Notes: a model not told the origin generated them from the sequence alone. A stretch of 64,000 bases of DNA from an uncultured Actinomycetes bacterium (GCA_963704725.1 OY969934.1:2496001-2560000), one strand, 5' to 3'; counted from the first letter of the stretch, positions 42,100-50,491 are shown. Numbers and translations are program-made.

Positions 42100-44721
42100 A
42101 TGGATCCGCAGACGATCGCCAACCACGAGCCCATCGAGCGACAGATCAACGTCGGACAGGCGGACGCCGTCGCCGGGGCGGACAACGTCCTGCACGCCGA
42201 TCGCGTCGAGGGTGTCGCCGAGGTTCGGCACGCGGACGAGGTCCACCTCGTCACGCAGACCGGCGTCGTCCCGATCGCGCCGTTCCGTCTCTCGCACCAG
42301 ATCGTGGGGCGGGAGGACGAGCTCGCCGAGCTTCGCGCGCGGTTGTCCCGTCGCGAGGACGTCGCGCTCCACGGTCTGCCCGGCGTGGGGAAGACCGCTC
42401 TGGCGATCACGCTGGCCAACGACCCGGACGTGCTCGCGCGCTTTCCCGACGGCGTCCTGTGGGCCGGCCTCGGGCTGCACCCCGACGTCCAGGCGCTCCT
42501 CGGCCGGTGGGCCAGAGAGCTCGGGATGACCCCCGTCGAGATCGCCCGGTGCGCGGACCCCGAGAGCCTCTCGGAGGCGATCGCGGAGCGGATCAGCCTG
42601 CGCCGGATGCTGCTCGTGGTCGACGACGCCTGGGATGAGCGAGCGATGCTCTTCCGGGTGGGCGGACCGAACTGCGCGCACGTGCTGACGACCCGCTCCC
42701 CGCTGCTCGCCGTGGCGTTCGACGAGGACGGCGAGACCGCGGTGCGGGAGCTGGACGAGGGAGACGGGCTCGCGCTGCTCTCGGCGCTCGCCCCCGAGGC
42801 CGTGGCCGAGGCGCCGGACGAGGCTCGCGAGCTGGTGCGGGCGGTGGGGAGCCTCCCGCTGGCGTTGAACCTCCTCGGGTACCGCCTGAAGCGCGCGGGG
42901 TTCGAGGGCAAGGTCGGCGAGGCGCTGGCCCTGTTCCACACGGCCGAGGATCGGCTGCTGCAGGACATGCCGATCCGGCCGCGGGAGCGACACCCCGACC
43001 TGCCGCACGAGGCGACCATCTCGCTGCTCGCGGTGATCGGCATCAGCGACGAGGCCCTCGACGACATCGCGCGCCACGCGCTGCGGAGCCTCTCCGTCTT
43101 CCCGCCCAAGACCAACACGTTCTCGGAGGAGGCGGCCCTCGCGGTCTCCGCCGATCCCCCGGAGAGTCTCAGCCGGCTCGCGCTCGGGTGGCTGGTCGAG
43201 CGGATCGGGGGCCGCTACGCGCTGCACCAGACGGTCGGGGACTACGCGGCGGCGCAGCTCGACGACCGCGCCCCCTTCGACCGCATGGCGGAGTTCTTCC
43301 TCCGGCACGTCGAGCTGCACGAGGACGACTACCTGACCGAGCGATCGGCCGAGTGGTTGACCTGGCTCGAGACCGAGTACGACAACCTCCGCGCGATCCT
43401 GCGTTGGGGCAAGGAGGGACGGCCCGAGTGGGCGCTCCGTCTGGCCGGGGCCCTGTGGCGGTTCTGGGAGATCCGGGGGTACTTCTCCGAGGGACGCCGC
43501 GAGCTGGCGGAGCTGATCGCGCTCCCAGGCGCCCAGGACCGAACCGCGATCCGGGCCAAGGTCGTGGGTGCCGCCGGCAACCTGGCGTACCGGCAGGGCG
43601 ACGTCGCGGCGGCGACGCCGCTGTTCGACGAGTCCCTTTCCATCCTGCGGGTCCTCGGCGACGAGGCGGGCACGGCGGACGCGCTCAACGATCTGGGCAA
43701 CACGTTCAACGCGCAGGGCCGGTACGAGGAGGCGCGCCCGCTCTACGTCGAGAGCCTGGACATCCACGAGCGCCTCGGCAACAAGCGGGGCATGGCGGTG
43801 GCGATCAACAACCTCGGCTACATGGCGTACCGGCAGGGCGAGTACGCCCTCGCCGAGCAGCAGCTCGAACGGTCGCTCGCCCTGTTCCGCGAGGTGGGCG
43901 ACGTGTGGGACAGCGCGTTCCCGCTCTGCGGCCTGGCCCTGGTGGCGCTCGGGCACGGGGACGCGGCCGGCGCCGGCGAGCGGTGGGGGGAGAGCCTCGC
44001 GCTCCGCAAGCAGGTGGGCGACCGCCGGGGCCAGGCGGAGTCGATCGGCGGGTTCGGGCTCGTGGCGTTCTGGAACGGCGACCTCGGCGAGGCGCTGGCC
44101 CGCCACCAGGAGAGCCTTCGCATCCGGGAGGAGCTCGCCGATCGCCGCGGGATCGGGTTCTCGCTGACCAACCTCGGCACCGTCGCCTACCGTCTCGGAG
44201 ACCTGACGAAGGCGAGCTCGTACCTCGAACAGGGCCTCGCGCTCCGGCGGGAGCTGGCCGACCGTCGCGGGACGGCCGACTCCCTGGTCGGTCTCGGCAG
44301 GATCGCGGTCACGGCGGGCGACTGGGGCTCCGCGTCTGACCGGTTCCGGGAGAGCCTCCGGCTGCGTCTCGACATGCCCGACCGAGCCGGGATCGCCGAG
44401 GCCCTCGAGGGCCTGGGGATGGTTCGGATCGGCTCGGGCGATCAGGCGGCGGGAGTGACGATGCTCGCCGGGGCCGGCGAGCTCCGCACGGCCATCGGCT
44501 CGTCGCCCTGGCCCACCGACCGGCGAGACCTCGAACGATCGCTCGCCGTGGCACGCGAGAACCTCGGCGACGATGACCTCGCGGCGGCGGCGTCGAAGGG
44601 AACCACGATGAGCCTCGAGGAGATCGTGGCCCTCGCCGATCCGGACGGGTCTCCCGGCTCCGTCAGGGCAGTCGAACCGCCCACCGCAGCGCCACGAACG
44701 TCACCGCACCGAGCGCCGTGA
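42100..44721 (+). CDS. NLR-like STAND protein: N-terminal putative amyloid motif, NB-ARC-type NTPase and TPR sensor
   Basis: IVGREDEL, Walker A GLPGVGKT, Walker B LLVVDDAW, LTTR, GSLPLAL, LHQTV..Y, and about 7 TPR-like repeats (A.ALN.LG......G.Y..A......SL...R.LGD). Confidence 0.93.
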   Translation: MDPQTIANHEPIERQINVGQADAVAGADNVLHADRVEGVAEVRHADEVHLVTQTGVVPIAPFRLSHQIVGREDELAELRARLSRREDVALHGLPGVGKTALAITLANDPDVLARFPDGVLWAGLGLHPDVQALLGRWARELGMTPVEIARCADPESLSEAIAERISLRRMLLVVDDAWDERAMLFRVGGPNCAHVLTTRSPLLAVAFDEDGETAVRELDEGDGLALLSALAPEAVAEAPDEARELVRAVGSLPLALNLLGYRLKRAGFEGKVGEALALFHTAEDRLLQDMPIRPRERHPDLPHEATISLLAVIGISDEALDDIARHALRSLSVFPPKTNTFSEEAALAVSADPPESLSRLALGWLVERIGGRYALHQTVGDYAAAQLDDRAPFDRMAEFFLRHVELHEDDYLTERSAEWLTWLETEYDNLRAILRWGKEGRPEWALRLAGALWRFWEIRGYFSEGRRELAELIALPGAQDRTAIRAKVVGAAGNLAYRQGDVAAATPLFDESLSILRVLGDEAGTADALNDLGNTFNAQGRYEEARPLYVESLDIHERLGNKRGMAVAINNLGYMAYRQGEYALAEQQLERSLALFREVGDVWDSAFPLCGLALVALGHGDAAGAGERWGESLALRKQVGDRRGQAESIGGFGLVAFWNGDLGEALARHQESLRIREELADRRGIGFSLTNLGTVAYRLGDLTKASSYLEQGLALRRELADRRGTADSLVGLGRIAVTAGDWGSASDRFRESLRLRLDMPDRAGIAEALEGLGMVRIGSGDQAAGVTMLAGAGELRTAIGSSPWPTDRRDLERSLAVARENLGDDDLAAAASKGTTMSLEEIVALADPDGSPGSVRAVEPPTAAPRTSPHRAP

Positions 44722-45424
44722 TGACGGGGATGGCCCGTCCGACCCGGGACGACCCCGTTCGCCGCTCCCACAGGATCACGCCCTCGACCACGAGCATGAC
44801 GACGAGCGAGTGCGAGGCGGCAAGCGTCGCCGTCATCAACGCCCAGCAGCTGGTGACGCAACTCATGCCCACATCGACACCCAGCCACAGGCACCCGACA
44901 CCGCTCGAGGGGACCGGGCCGGCCCTGCCGCAGGCGCCGACGGCGGCCCGCTTCCTGGGCGAGCGCTGCCACGCGGCCGCGGCACCGAACGCGACGACCA
45001 CGGTCGCGGTCGGTCCCGCGACCCGCTCGAGGACGTGGATCGCGCCGACGAGCCCGATCCCCGAGAACACCCAGACCGCAACGTAGCCGCCCGCGTACCA
45101 GGCGATGGCCCGGTGCCGGCGTTCCCAGTAGCTGGCGAGCCCGAGATGACGGGCCGTCGGCAGGATCGTGGGGAGCATCATCGCCACGGTCATGAGGATC
45201 CACAGGGCGGCCTCGCTGGAAGCGTGAGGAAGGACGGAGACGGGAGCGACCGGGGTCCACCCGTCCCCCATCCCGCCACGACGTCGGAGCGCGGGGCCGG
45301 CGACCCACAGCCCGATCCACGCCGCGACCGCCGAGGCGCCCAGCCACCATTCGGGGTGGTACCACCGCACCCACCGGAGCCGAGGCGCCTGTGGCCGCGC
45401 GACGGGGAGCGCTCGAGCGATCAC
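44663..45424 (-). CDS. DUF2182-like metal-binding membrane protein
   Basis: W.LMTVAMMLP, GYVAVW, WQ.SP.K and SC..SCWALM. GTGA overlap with the tyrosinase gene. Confidence 0.8.
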   Translation of the reverse strand: MIARALPVARPQAPRLRWVRWYHPEWWLGASAVAAWIGLWVAGPALRRRGGMGDGWTPVAPVSVLPHASSEAALWILMTVAMMLPTILPTARHLGLASYWERRHRAIAWYAGGYVAVWVFSGIGLVGAIHVLERVAGPTATVVVAFGAAAAWQRSPRKRAAVGACGRAGPVPSSGVGCLWLGVDVGMSCVTSCWALMTATLAASHSLVVMLVVEGVILWERRTGSSRVGRAIPVITALGAVTFVALRWAVRLP

Positions 45425-46860
45425 TCGTAGTACACGCTGATCCGGCCGATCGACACGTCCCCGGCCGGGTCGCCCTCCGACCACACCGGCGTGAAGGTCA
45501 CCTCGAGGCGCTCGGGGTCCCACGCCTCCTGCAGACGGAGGCGCTCCACGACGTCCGTGATGTCGAACGTGAAGCTGAGCCCACCCTCGTGCTCCGAACC
45601 CGGCACCGAGGCCTCGCGCACCCCGAACATCGGCAGGCTCCCGGCGAGCAGGTCGTCCCGCTCCTCCGGGTCGGCCCCGGGCGGCAGGTTCACGTGGACG
45701 AGGTACGTCGGGGCGGACGAACGGGTCCCCGTGACATGCTCGATCGCGAGGTAGATCCGCGGCTCGCGGGCCTCGGCCGCGACCGCCGCGGCCACGGGCC
45801 CAACCGGCTCGCGCAGGCCCACCGCGGCGGCGTTCGGCGTCCCGCCGAGCGAGAGAGGGGCCTCCGTCGCTCCGACGAGCTCGGGAGGGGGGCCTTCGTC
45901 CATCGTCTCCTCCGGGGTCGCCGGGGCGGCGGCCGCCACTCCGGGCATCGCGGGCGCGGGGGCCACCGGCACGCCCCCGTACCGATACTGCAGCGGCGAG
46001 GCGGACGTGTCGAGGACGTCGCCCACCGTCATCGAGGTCGTCCACGCCCCCGACCCCATCTCGAACCCCCGGTCGAGCCACGCGCCCTGGTCGGGGTTGG
46101 CCCGTCCGCCTCCGCGCCGGAGCCACGCCTCCCACAGGCGGTCGATGTTCGCGTGGTGGAGCCAGAAGACCGGGTCGAGCGGCGCGGTCTGGAACGCGCC
46201 CATCCACCCCCCGAGCAGCCCGTGCACCTCATCGTGCGGATAGAGCTCGGCCTCGCCCTGCGGATGGTCCACGCTCGCCTCGGTACCGTGGAACCAGCCC
46301 GTCCTCGGCCCCCCGAAGGCCTTGGCCCCCGGTCGCGCCCGGATCACGAACCTCGTCATGTCGAGCGTCTCGTTCCACTCCCGCCGGTTCCACGGCAGGG
46401 GCTGCCCGTTCTTGATCGGTGAGGACCGATGCGTCGTGAACAGCGGGTTGGGGTCGCCGTTCGGGCGTTGCTGGGACAGGAACGCGGGCGGGAGCGCCCG
46501 CCGGCCCGGGACGCTGTAGTCCCAGAACGGGAGTGCCCAGTCGCTCGGCCCGCCGAGGCCGGCGACCGCGTCGCGGACGATCTTCTCGAAGTGGTGCAGG
46601 TAGATGCGATGCCATGGCAGGAAGAACCAGGTGTGGTGCTGGCACTGGTTCCACTTCGCGCCCGCCGGCCAGCTCGGCTCCGGGTCGGTCGTCCCGTGGA
46701 TCGCGGCGAGATGTCCCCAGCTCGTGGGGTCGGCGCGGTTCGCGCCGTCCCGGCCCCGGAGCTCGTCGATCGCGTCGGCGAACCAGCGGATCGTCGGATG
46801 CCAGGGATCGGCATCGGAAAGCGTCCAGATGTTGCGACGTTCGAAGATCGTGGCGGCCAT
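45421..46860 (-). CDS. Tyrosinase (type-3 copper) with a C-terminal lid-like domain
   Basis: CuA: AAIHG and CQHHTWFFLPWHR; LPFWDY; CuB: PHDEVHG and DPVFWLHHANIDRLW. GGAGGTG SD. Confidence 0.95.
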   Translation of the reverse strand: MAATIFERRNIWTLSDADPWHPTIRWFADAIDELRGRDGANRADPTSWGHLAAIHGTTDPEPSWPAGAKWNQCQHHTWFFLPWHRIYLHHFEKIVRDAVAGLGGPSDWALPFWDYSVPGRRALPPAFLSQQRPNGDPNPLFTTHRSSPIKNGQPLPWNRREWNETLDMTRFVIRARPGAKAFGGPRTGWFHGTEASVDHPQGEAELYPHDEVHGLLGGWMGAFQTAPLDPVFWLHHANIDRLWEAWLRRGGGRANPDQGAWLDRGFEMGSGAWTTSMTVGDVLDTSASPLQYRYGGVPVAPAPAMPGVAAAAPATPEETMDEGPPPELVGATEAPLSLGGTPNAAAVGLREPVGPVAAAVAAEAREPRIYLAIEHVTGTRSSAPTYLVHVNLPPGADPEERDDLLAGSLPMFGVREASVPGSEHEGGLSFTFDITDVVERLRLQEAWDPERLEVTFTPVWSEGDPAGDVSIGRISVYYE

Positions 46861-47016
46861 CGCCCGTCACCTCCGTGGTACGCCTGCGGACCGCTACTGA
46901 ATGCCCGGCCGCCCGCGGTGTCAACTCGGCGGAAGGCGCCGACAGTCTCGTCTCGTCGACGTCGCGCGCTCGGCGATGGTCCACCCAGGACCCGATCGCC
47001 GGCCGAACGGGATCCG

Positions 47017-47451
47017 TCAGAAGCTGACTTCTGTCACGCCGATGTGCAGATGGTCGTCGTGTCCGCTGATCGGGTGGTTGGGCGCCTCACCCGGACCCCC
47101 CAGCTCCTTGATGTATCCGAAGCCATCGAAGAACATCTCGTCGAGCGGCCAGTCGAACCGCGCCGCGGCGTGGAGCAATCTGAAGTACAAGAACGCCAGC
47201 GCCTCGGTCTCGTTGCGGAAGTCCTTGCGGAACTTGTCATCGATCGGGTCGACGTCGTTGATGTCGAGGGCCCGGCCCTCGAGGCCACGACGCACCATGT
47301 GGGCGACGTCATCCGCTCCGCCGTAGTGCAACGACCCCTTGGCATGGACGTCGTGAACCCCACCGAAGTCGGGGTGCTCGGACGGGGTGAGGCCCTTGTC
47401 CTGGAGCCACGACCCCAGATCGACGAGCGACTTGATGTCTTCGAGCTTCAT
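47017..47451 (-). CDS. Putative M15/LAS-type Zn peptidase domain protein
   Basis: EHPDFGGV..VHAKGSLHY...GRALDI and HDDHLHIG supply H, D and HxH ligands. Lower GC than its neighbours. Confidence 0.6.
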   Translation of the reverse strand: MKLEDIKSLVDLGSWLQDKGLTPSEHPDFGGVHDVHAKGSLHYGGADDVAHMVRRGLEGRALDINDVDPIDDKFRKDFRNETEALAFLYFRLLHAAARFDWPLDEMFFDGFGYIKELGGPGEAPNHPISGHDDHLHIGVTEVSF

Positions 47452-47651
47452 GCGGCCTCACCCACTCATGGACACGGCGACGGCAGGTCGGACCATACGG
47501 CATCCTCGGATCCCGGTCGGCCCGAACGCATCACGGCGAGTCGATGATCGGCTGGGGAGACGTTCCCGGCGATGCGACTCGCTCCCTTGCGGCATCCTCG
47601 GGGACTGGCTACCGTCCGGACCTCGATGCGTGCGCGCGCCTGGGGACTCGC

Positions 47652-48917
47652 GTGAAGTCCGGCGTTCGATCCCTCGCGCCGGTTGCGGCCGGTCTCGTCC
47701 TCGCCGCGGCGTGCACCGCGGAGCCCGGGATCGAGTTCCCCACGGAGCCGCCGCCGGCGGAGAGCCCGGCGGAGCGCCCGGTGCCGAGCTCGCCCTCGAT
47801 CGCCGCCGGCGCGTCCGACGCACCCGGTCGGATCGCGGTGCTGGACGATCTCGGGCGCCTCGTCACCTTCGAGCCGGACGGATCTGGCCCGGTCGTCCTC
47901 GCCGAAGAGGTACCCGGCGAGGTCCTCGTGCGCCAGCCGACGTGGTCGCCGGACGGGCATCGCATCGCCTGGGTCCGCCTCGAGGTGGGGACGGGCGGCA
48001 CCGCGGCGGTCGTGACGTCGGCTCCCGACGGGTCGTCGCCCACGGAGACCCGGACCTCGGTGATCCCCTTCTATCTCTCCTGGGATCCGACGTCCTCGCG
48101 GATCGCGTACCTCGGCTCGGGCGCCGTCGAGGACATCGAGCTCGGCATCGCGGACGCGTCCGGCGGCCTCGAGCCCGTCACCATCGACGCCGGCGCCCCG
48201 CTGTACTTCTCGTGGGACCCATCGGGTGAACAGGTGCTCGAGCACGTGGAGATGAGCCGCATCGACCGCGTCGGGATCGACGGCGCGATCGTCCCCGTCG
48301 ACGACCGGGCGGGGACCTTCGACGCCCCGGTCTGGACGTCGGACGGCCGGAGCTTCGTCTACGCCTCCGTGCGAGGAGACCGCGAACGGCTCCTCGCCCG
48401 CGACGTCGACGCCGATCGGGCCGACGAGCTGGTCCGTTACGACGGCGGGATCACGTTCGTCGTCAACCCGGACGGGAGCCACGTGGCGTTCCAGGTGGTC
48501 CACGGCCCGGACGACCAGGGCCCGCTCTCGATCCTCGATCGCGGGACGGGCGAGGTCGACCGAGTGGTCGATGCCTCCGTCTCCGCCTACTTCTGGAGTC
48601 GCGACGGCAGCCGGCTCCTGTACCTGCTTCCGGAACGCACGGCGGACGGCATCTGGTTCCGGTGGGGCGTCTGGGACGACGAGTCGTCGTTCACGACCGA
48701 CCGCTTCGTGCCGACGCTCGTCTTCGCCCGTGACTACCTGCAGTTCTTCGAGCAGTACGCGCAGAGCATGAGCCTGTGGGCACCCGACGGCAGCGCGTTC
48801 ACGTACGCCGGCTCGAACGAGGCGGGCGAAGCGGGCGTGTGGATCCAGCCCGCGCGCGAAGGGGCCGCGCCGATCCGGGTCACGGACGGCGCGTTCGCCG
48901 CGTGGTCGCCGGCCTAG
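47652..48917 (+). CDS. TolB-like (PD40/WD40) beta-propeller lipoprotein
   Basis: LAAAC lipobox; repeated PTWSPDG..IA, SWDP, WSRDG and WAPDG. Confidence 0.85.
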   Translation: MKSGVRSLAPVAAGLVLAAACTAEPGIEFPTEPPPAESPAERPVPSSPSIAAGASDAPGRIAVLDDLGRLVTFEPDGSGPVVLAEEVPGEVLVRQPTWSPDGHRIAWVRLEVGTGGTAAVVTSAPDGSSPTETRTSVIPFYLSWDPTSSRIAYLGSGAVEDIELGIADASGGLEPVTIDAGAPLYFSWDPSGEQVLEHVEMSRIDRVGIDGAIVPVDDRAGTFDAPVWTSDGRSFVYASVRGDRERLLARDVDADRADELVRYDGGITFVVNPDGSHVAFQVVHGPDDQGPLSILDRGTGEVDRVVDASVSAYFWSRDGSRLLYLLPERTADGIWFRWGVWDDESSFTTDRFVPTLVFARDYLQFFEQYAQSMSLWAPDGSAFTYAGSNEAGEAGVWIQPAREGAAPIRVTDGAFAAWSPA

Positions 48918-49064
48918 GCGGACGACCGGCCGAGCCGGATCAGCGCCGAGATCTCAGATGACGAGTACCGACAGCGACTGGGGTGCTCCGTCGAAAGGGT
49001 GGCTGAGATGCACCAGTAGGCACGTCGGCTTCGGTCCCCGGACCTGACCGCGCGTCGCTCGGCA

Positions 49065-49108
49065 GCCTTGCGTTTCGATTGCGCCTTGCGTTCCGCTTGC
49101 GCTACCAT
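49065..49108 (+). promoter_or_regulatory. Promoter/operator of the TA operon: 18-bp tandem repeat overlapping TTGCGC-N18-TACCAT
   Basis: GCCTTGCGTTTCGATTGC (49065-49082) and GCCTTGCGTTCCGCTTGC (49083-49100) are 16/18 identical. The -10 box is TACCAT at 49103. Confidence 0.55.
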
Positions 49109-49118
49109 GGGTCTCGAG

Positions 49119-49925
49119 ATGAACGCGCTCGTCACGCTCGACGCCGAGGTCGCCGCCCGCGAGGCGGTCGCCCTCGCCCCGGCCACCGTGCGCGAGCTCG
49201 ATCGGCTGATCCCCCCCGCCGTGGCCGGCTCCGAGACCGCCGCCCGAGCCTACGCCCGCGCCTGGCGCGATCTCGTCGAGACGCTGCTGCAGGCCATCCG
49301 CGCCGAGCGGCCCGATGTCATCGCCGCGACGGAGGATGGCGGCCTCGTGGTGATCGATGAGAACGGCTCGGCGTCTGCCGCCTCGGAGCGGCTCCTGGAC
49401 TTCCTCGCGCTCCAGGCGCCGTTCTCGCCGTGGGTGGCCCGGTTCGGTCCCGGCCCGGGCGCCGCCGTCTTCCTCCTCAACGAGCTCCGCGCCGCGGTCA
49501 CCGGGCTCGACCCGCTCCCGGTGAACGGCTCGGCTCTCCCCCACTGGGACGCCGACGACGCCGCGCTCGCCCGCTTCTCCCGCTCGGCGCTCGCCGGCGC
49601 GCCCGAGCCCGAGCTCGAACGGATCGAGCGCGTCTTCGGTCTCACGGTCACCGAGACCGCCGCGCTGTTCCGCGTCCGGCGGCAGGCCGTGTCCCAGTGG
49701 CTCGACGGCGGCGTCCCGGCCGCCCGCGCCTCCAAGGTCACCGTCGTGGCGCGCACCGCCGACCTGCTCGAGCGGATGCTCGTCGCCGACCGCATCCCCG
49801 GCATCGCCCGGACCCGGGCGGACGCCTACGGCGGGCGGTCGATGCTCGAGGCGATCGCCGCCGACGGGCACGAGGAGCTGCTCCGCACGATCGAGGCGTC
49901 CTTCGACTGGTCGGTCGCGGGGTGA
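49119..49925 (+). CDS. Xre/MbcA/ParS-type antitoxin with a long N-terminal extension
   Basis: C-terminal HTH (FGLTVTETAALFRVRRQAVSQW) plus a DUF2384-like tail (RTRADAYGGRSMLE). GTGA overlap with the RES gene. Start is ATG 49107 or 49119. Confidence 0.75.
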   Translation: MNALVTLDAEVAAREAVALAPATVRELDRLIPPAVAGSETAARAYARAWRDLVETLLQAIRAERPDVIAATEDGGLVVIDENGSASAASERLLDFLALQAPFSPWVARFGPGPGAAVFLLNELRAAVTGLDPLPVNGSALPHWDADDAALARFSRSALAGAPEPELERIERVFGLTVTETAALFRVRRQAVSQWLDGGVPAARASKVTVVARTADLLERMLVADRIPGIARTRADAYGGRSMLEAIAADGHEELLRTIEASFDWSVAG

Positions 49926-50452
49926 GGTTCCGGCACGTCCGACGGGGCGGCAGGTACCTGCGGGTCGCCGATCCGTCGTGGGTCCGGCCGCTCGACGGCC
50001 GGTATGCACGGGACCGCGGGGGGCGGTGGAACCCGCCCGGCTCGTTCCCCGTCGTCTACCTGTTCGGCGCGATCGACGTGGCCCACTCCTTCGTCCTGTC
50101 CCGCTTCGAGGGCCATCCGTACTCGGCGTTCGACCTGCGGCCGGAGTCGGGACCCGACCTCGTCGAGACCGACGTGCCGGACGACCGGTTCGTCGACGTC
50201 GTCACCGACGACGGGTGCCGTGCCGCCGGGCTCCCGGCGAGCTACCCGCGCGAGGGGGACGGCACCACGGTCTCGCACGAACGCTGCCGTCCGGTCGGCG
50301 TGGCCGCGTGGGAAGGGGGCGAGCCCGGCATCGCCTGCCGCAGCGCCACGGTGCGCGAGCGCGACACCGGCGAGGAGCTCGCGTGGTTCACGCGGGGCCC
50401 GAGGGGGCTCCGGACCCGCCGGCGGCGATCCTTCCCCGACTGGTTCGCCTAG
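49922..50452 (+). CDS. RES-domain toxin (putative NAD+-consuming enzyme)
   Basis: YLRV, GGRWNPPGSFPVVYL, GI.CRSA and ELAWF. Confidence 0.85.
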   Translation: MRFRHVRRGGRYLRVADPSWVRPLDGRYARDRGGRWNPPGSFPVVYLFGAIDVAHSFVLSRFEGHPYSAFDLRPESGPDLVETDVPDDRFVDVVTDDGCRAAGLPASYPREGDGTTVSHERCRPVGVAAWEGGEPGIACRSATVRERDTGEELAWFTRGPRGLRTRRRRSFPDWFA

Positions 50453-50491
50453 CCTCGGTCGTCCCCGACGGGAGAACCGCGCTATGCATCG

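Noticed and set aside
41691-42109. Both Bell and NLR genes begin with GATGGATCCGC (Met-Asp-Pro)
   Set aside because: It is only 11 bp, and MDP is the usual Bell start. It could hint at shared origin but is not supportable alone.
48920-49020. Lower-GC stretch that reads ISAEISDDEYRQRLGCSVERVAEMHQ-stop, a possible gene relic before the TA operon
   Set aside because: Too short, with no start and no recognisable family.
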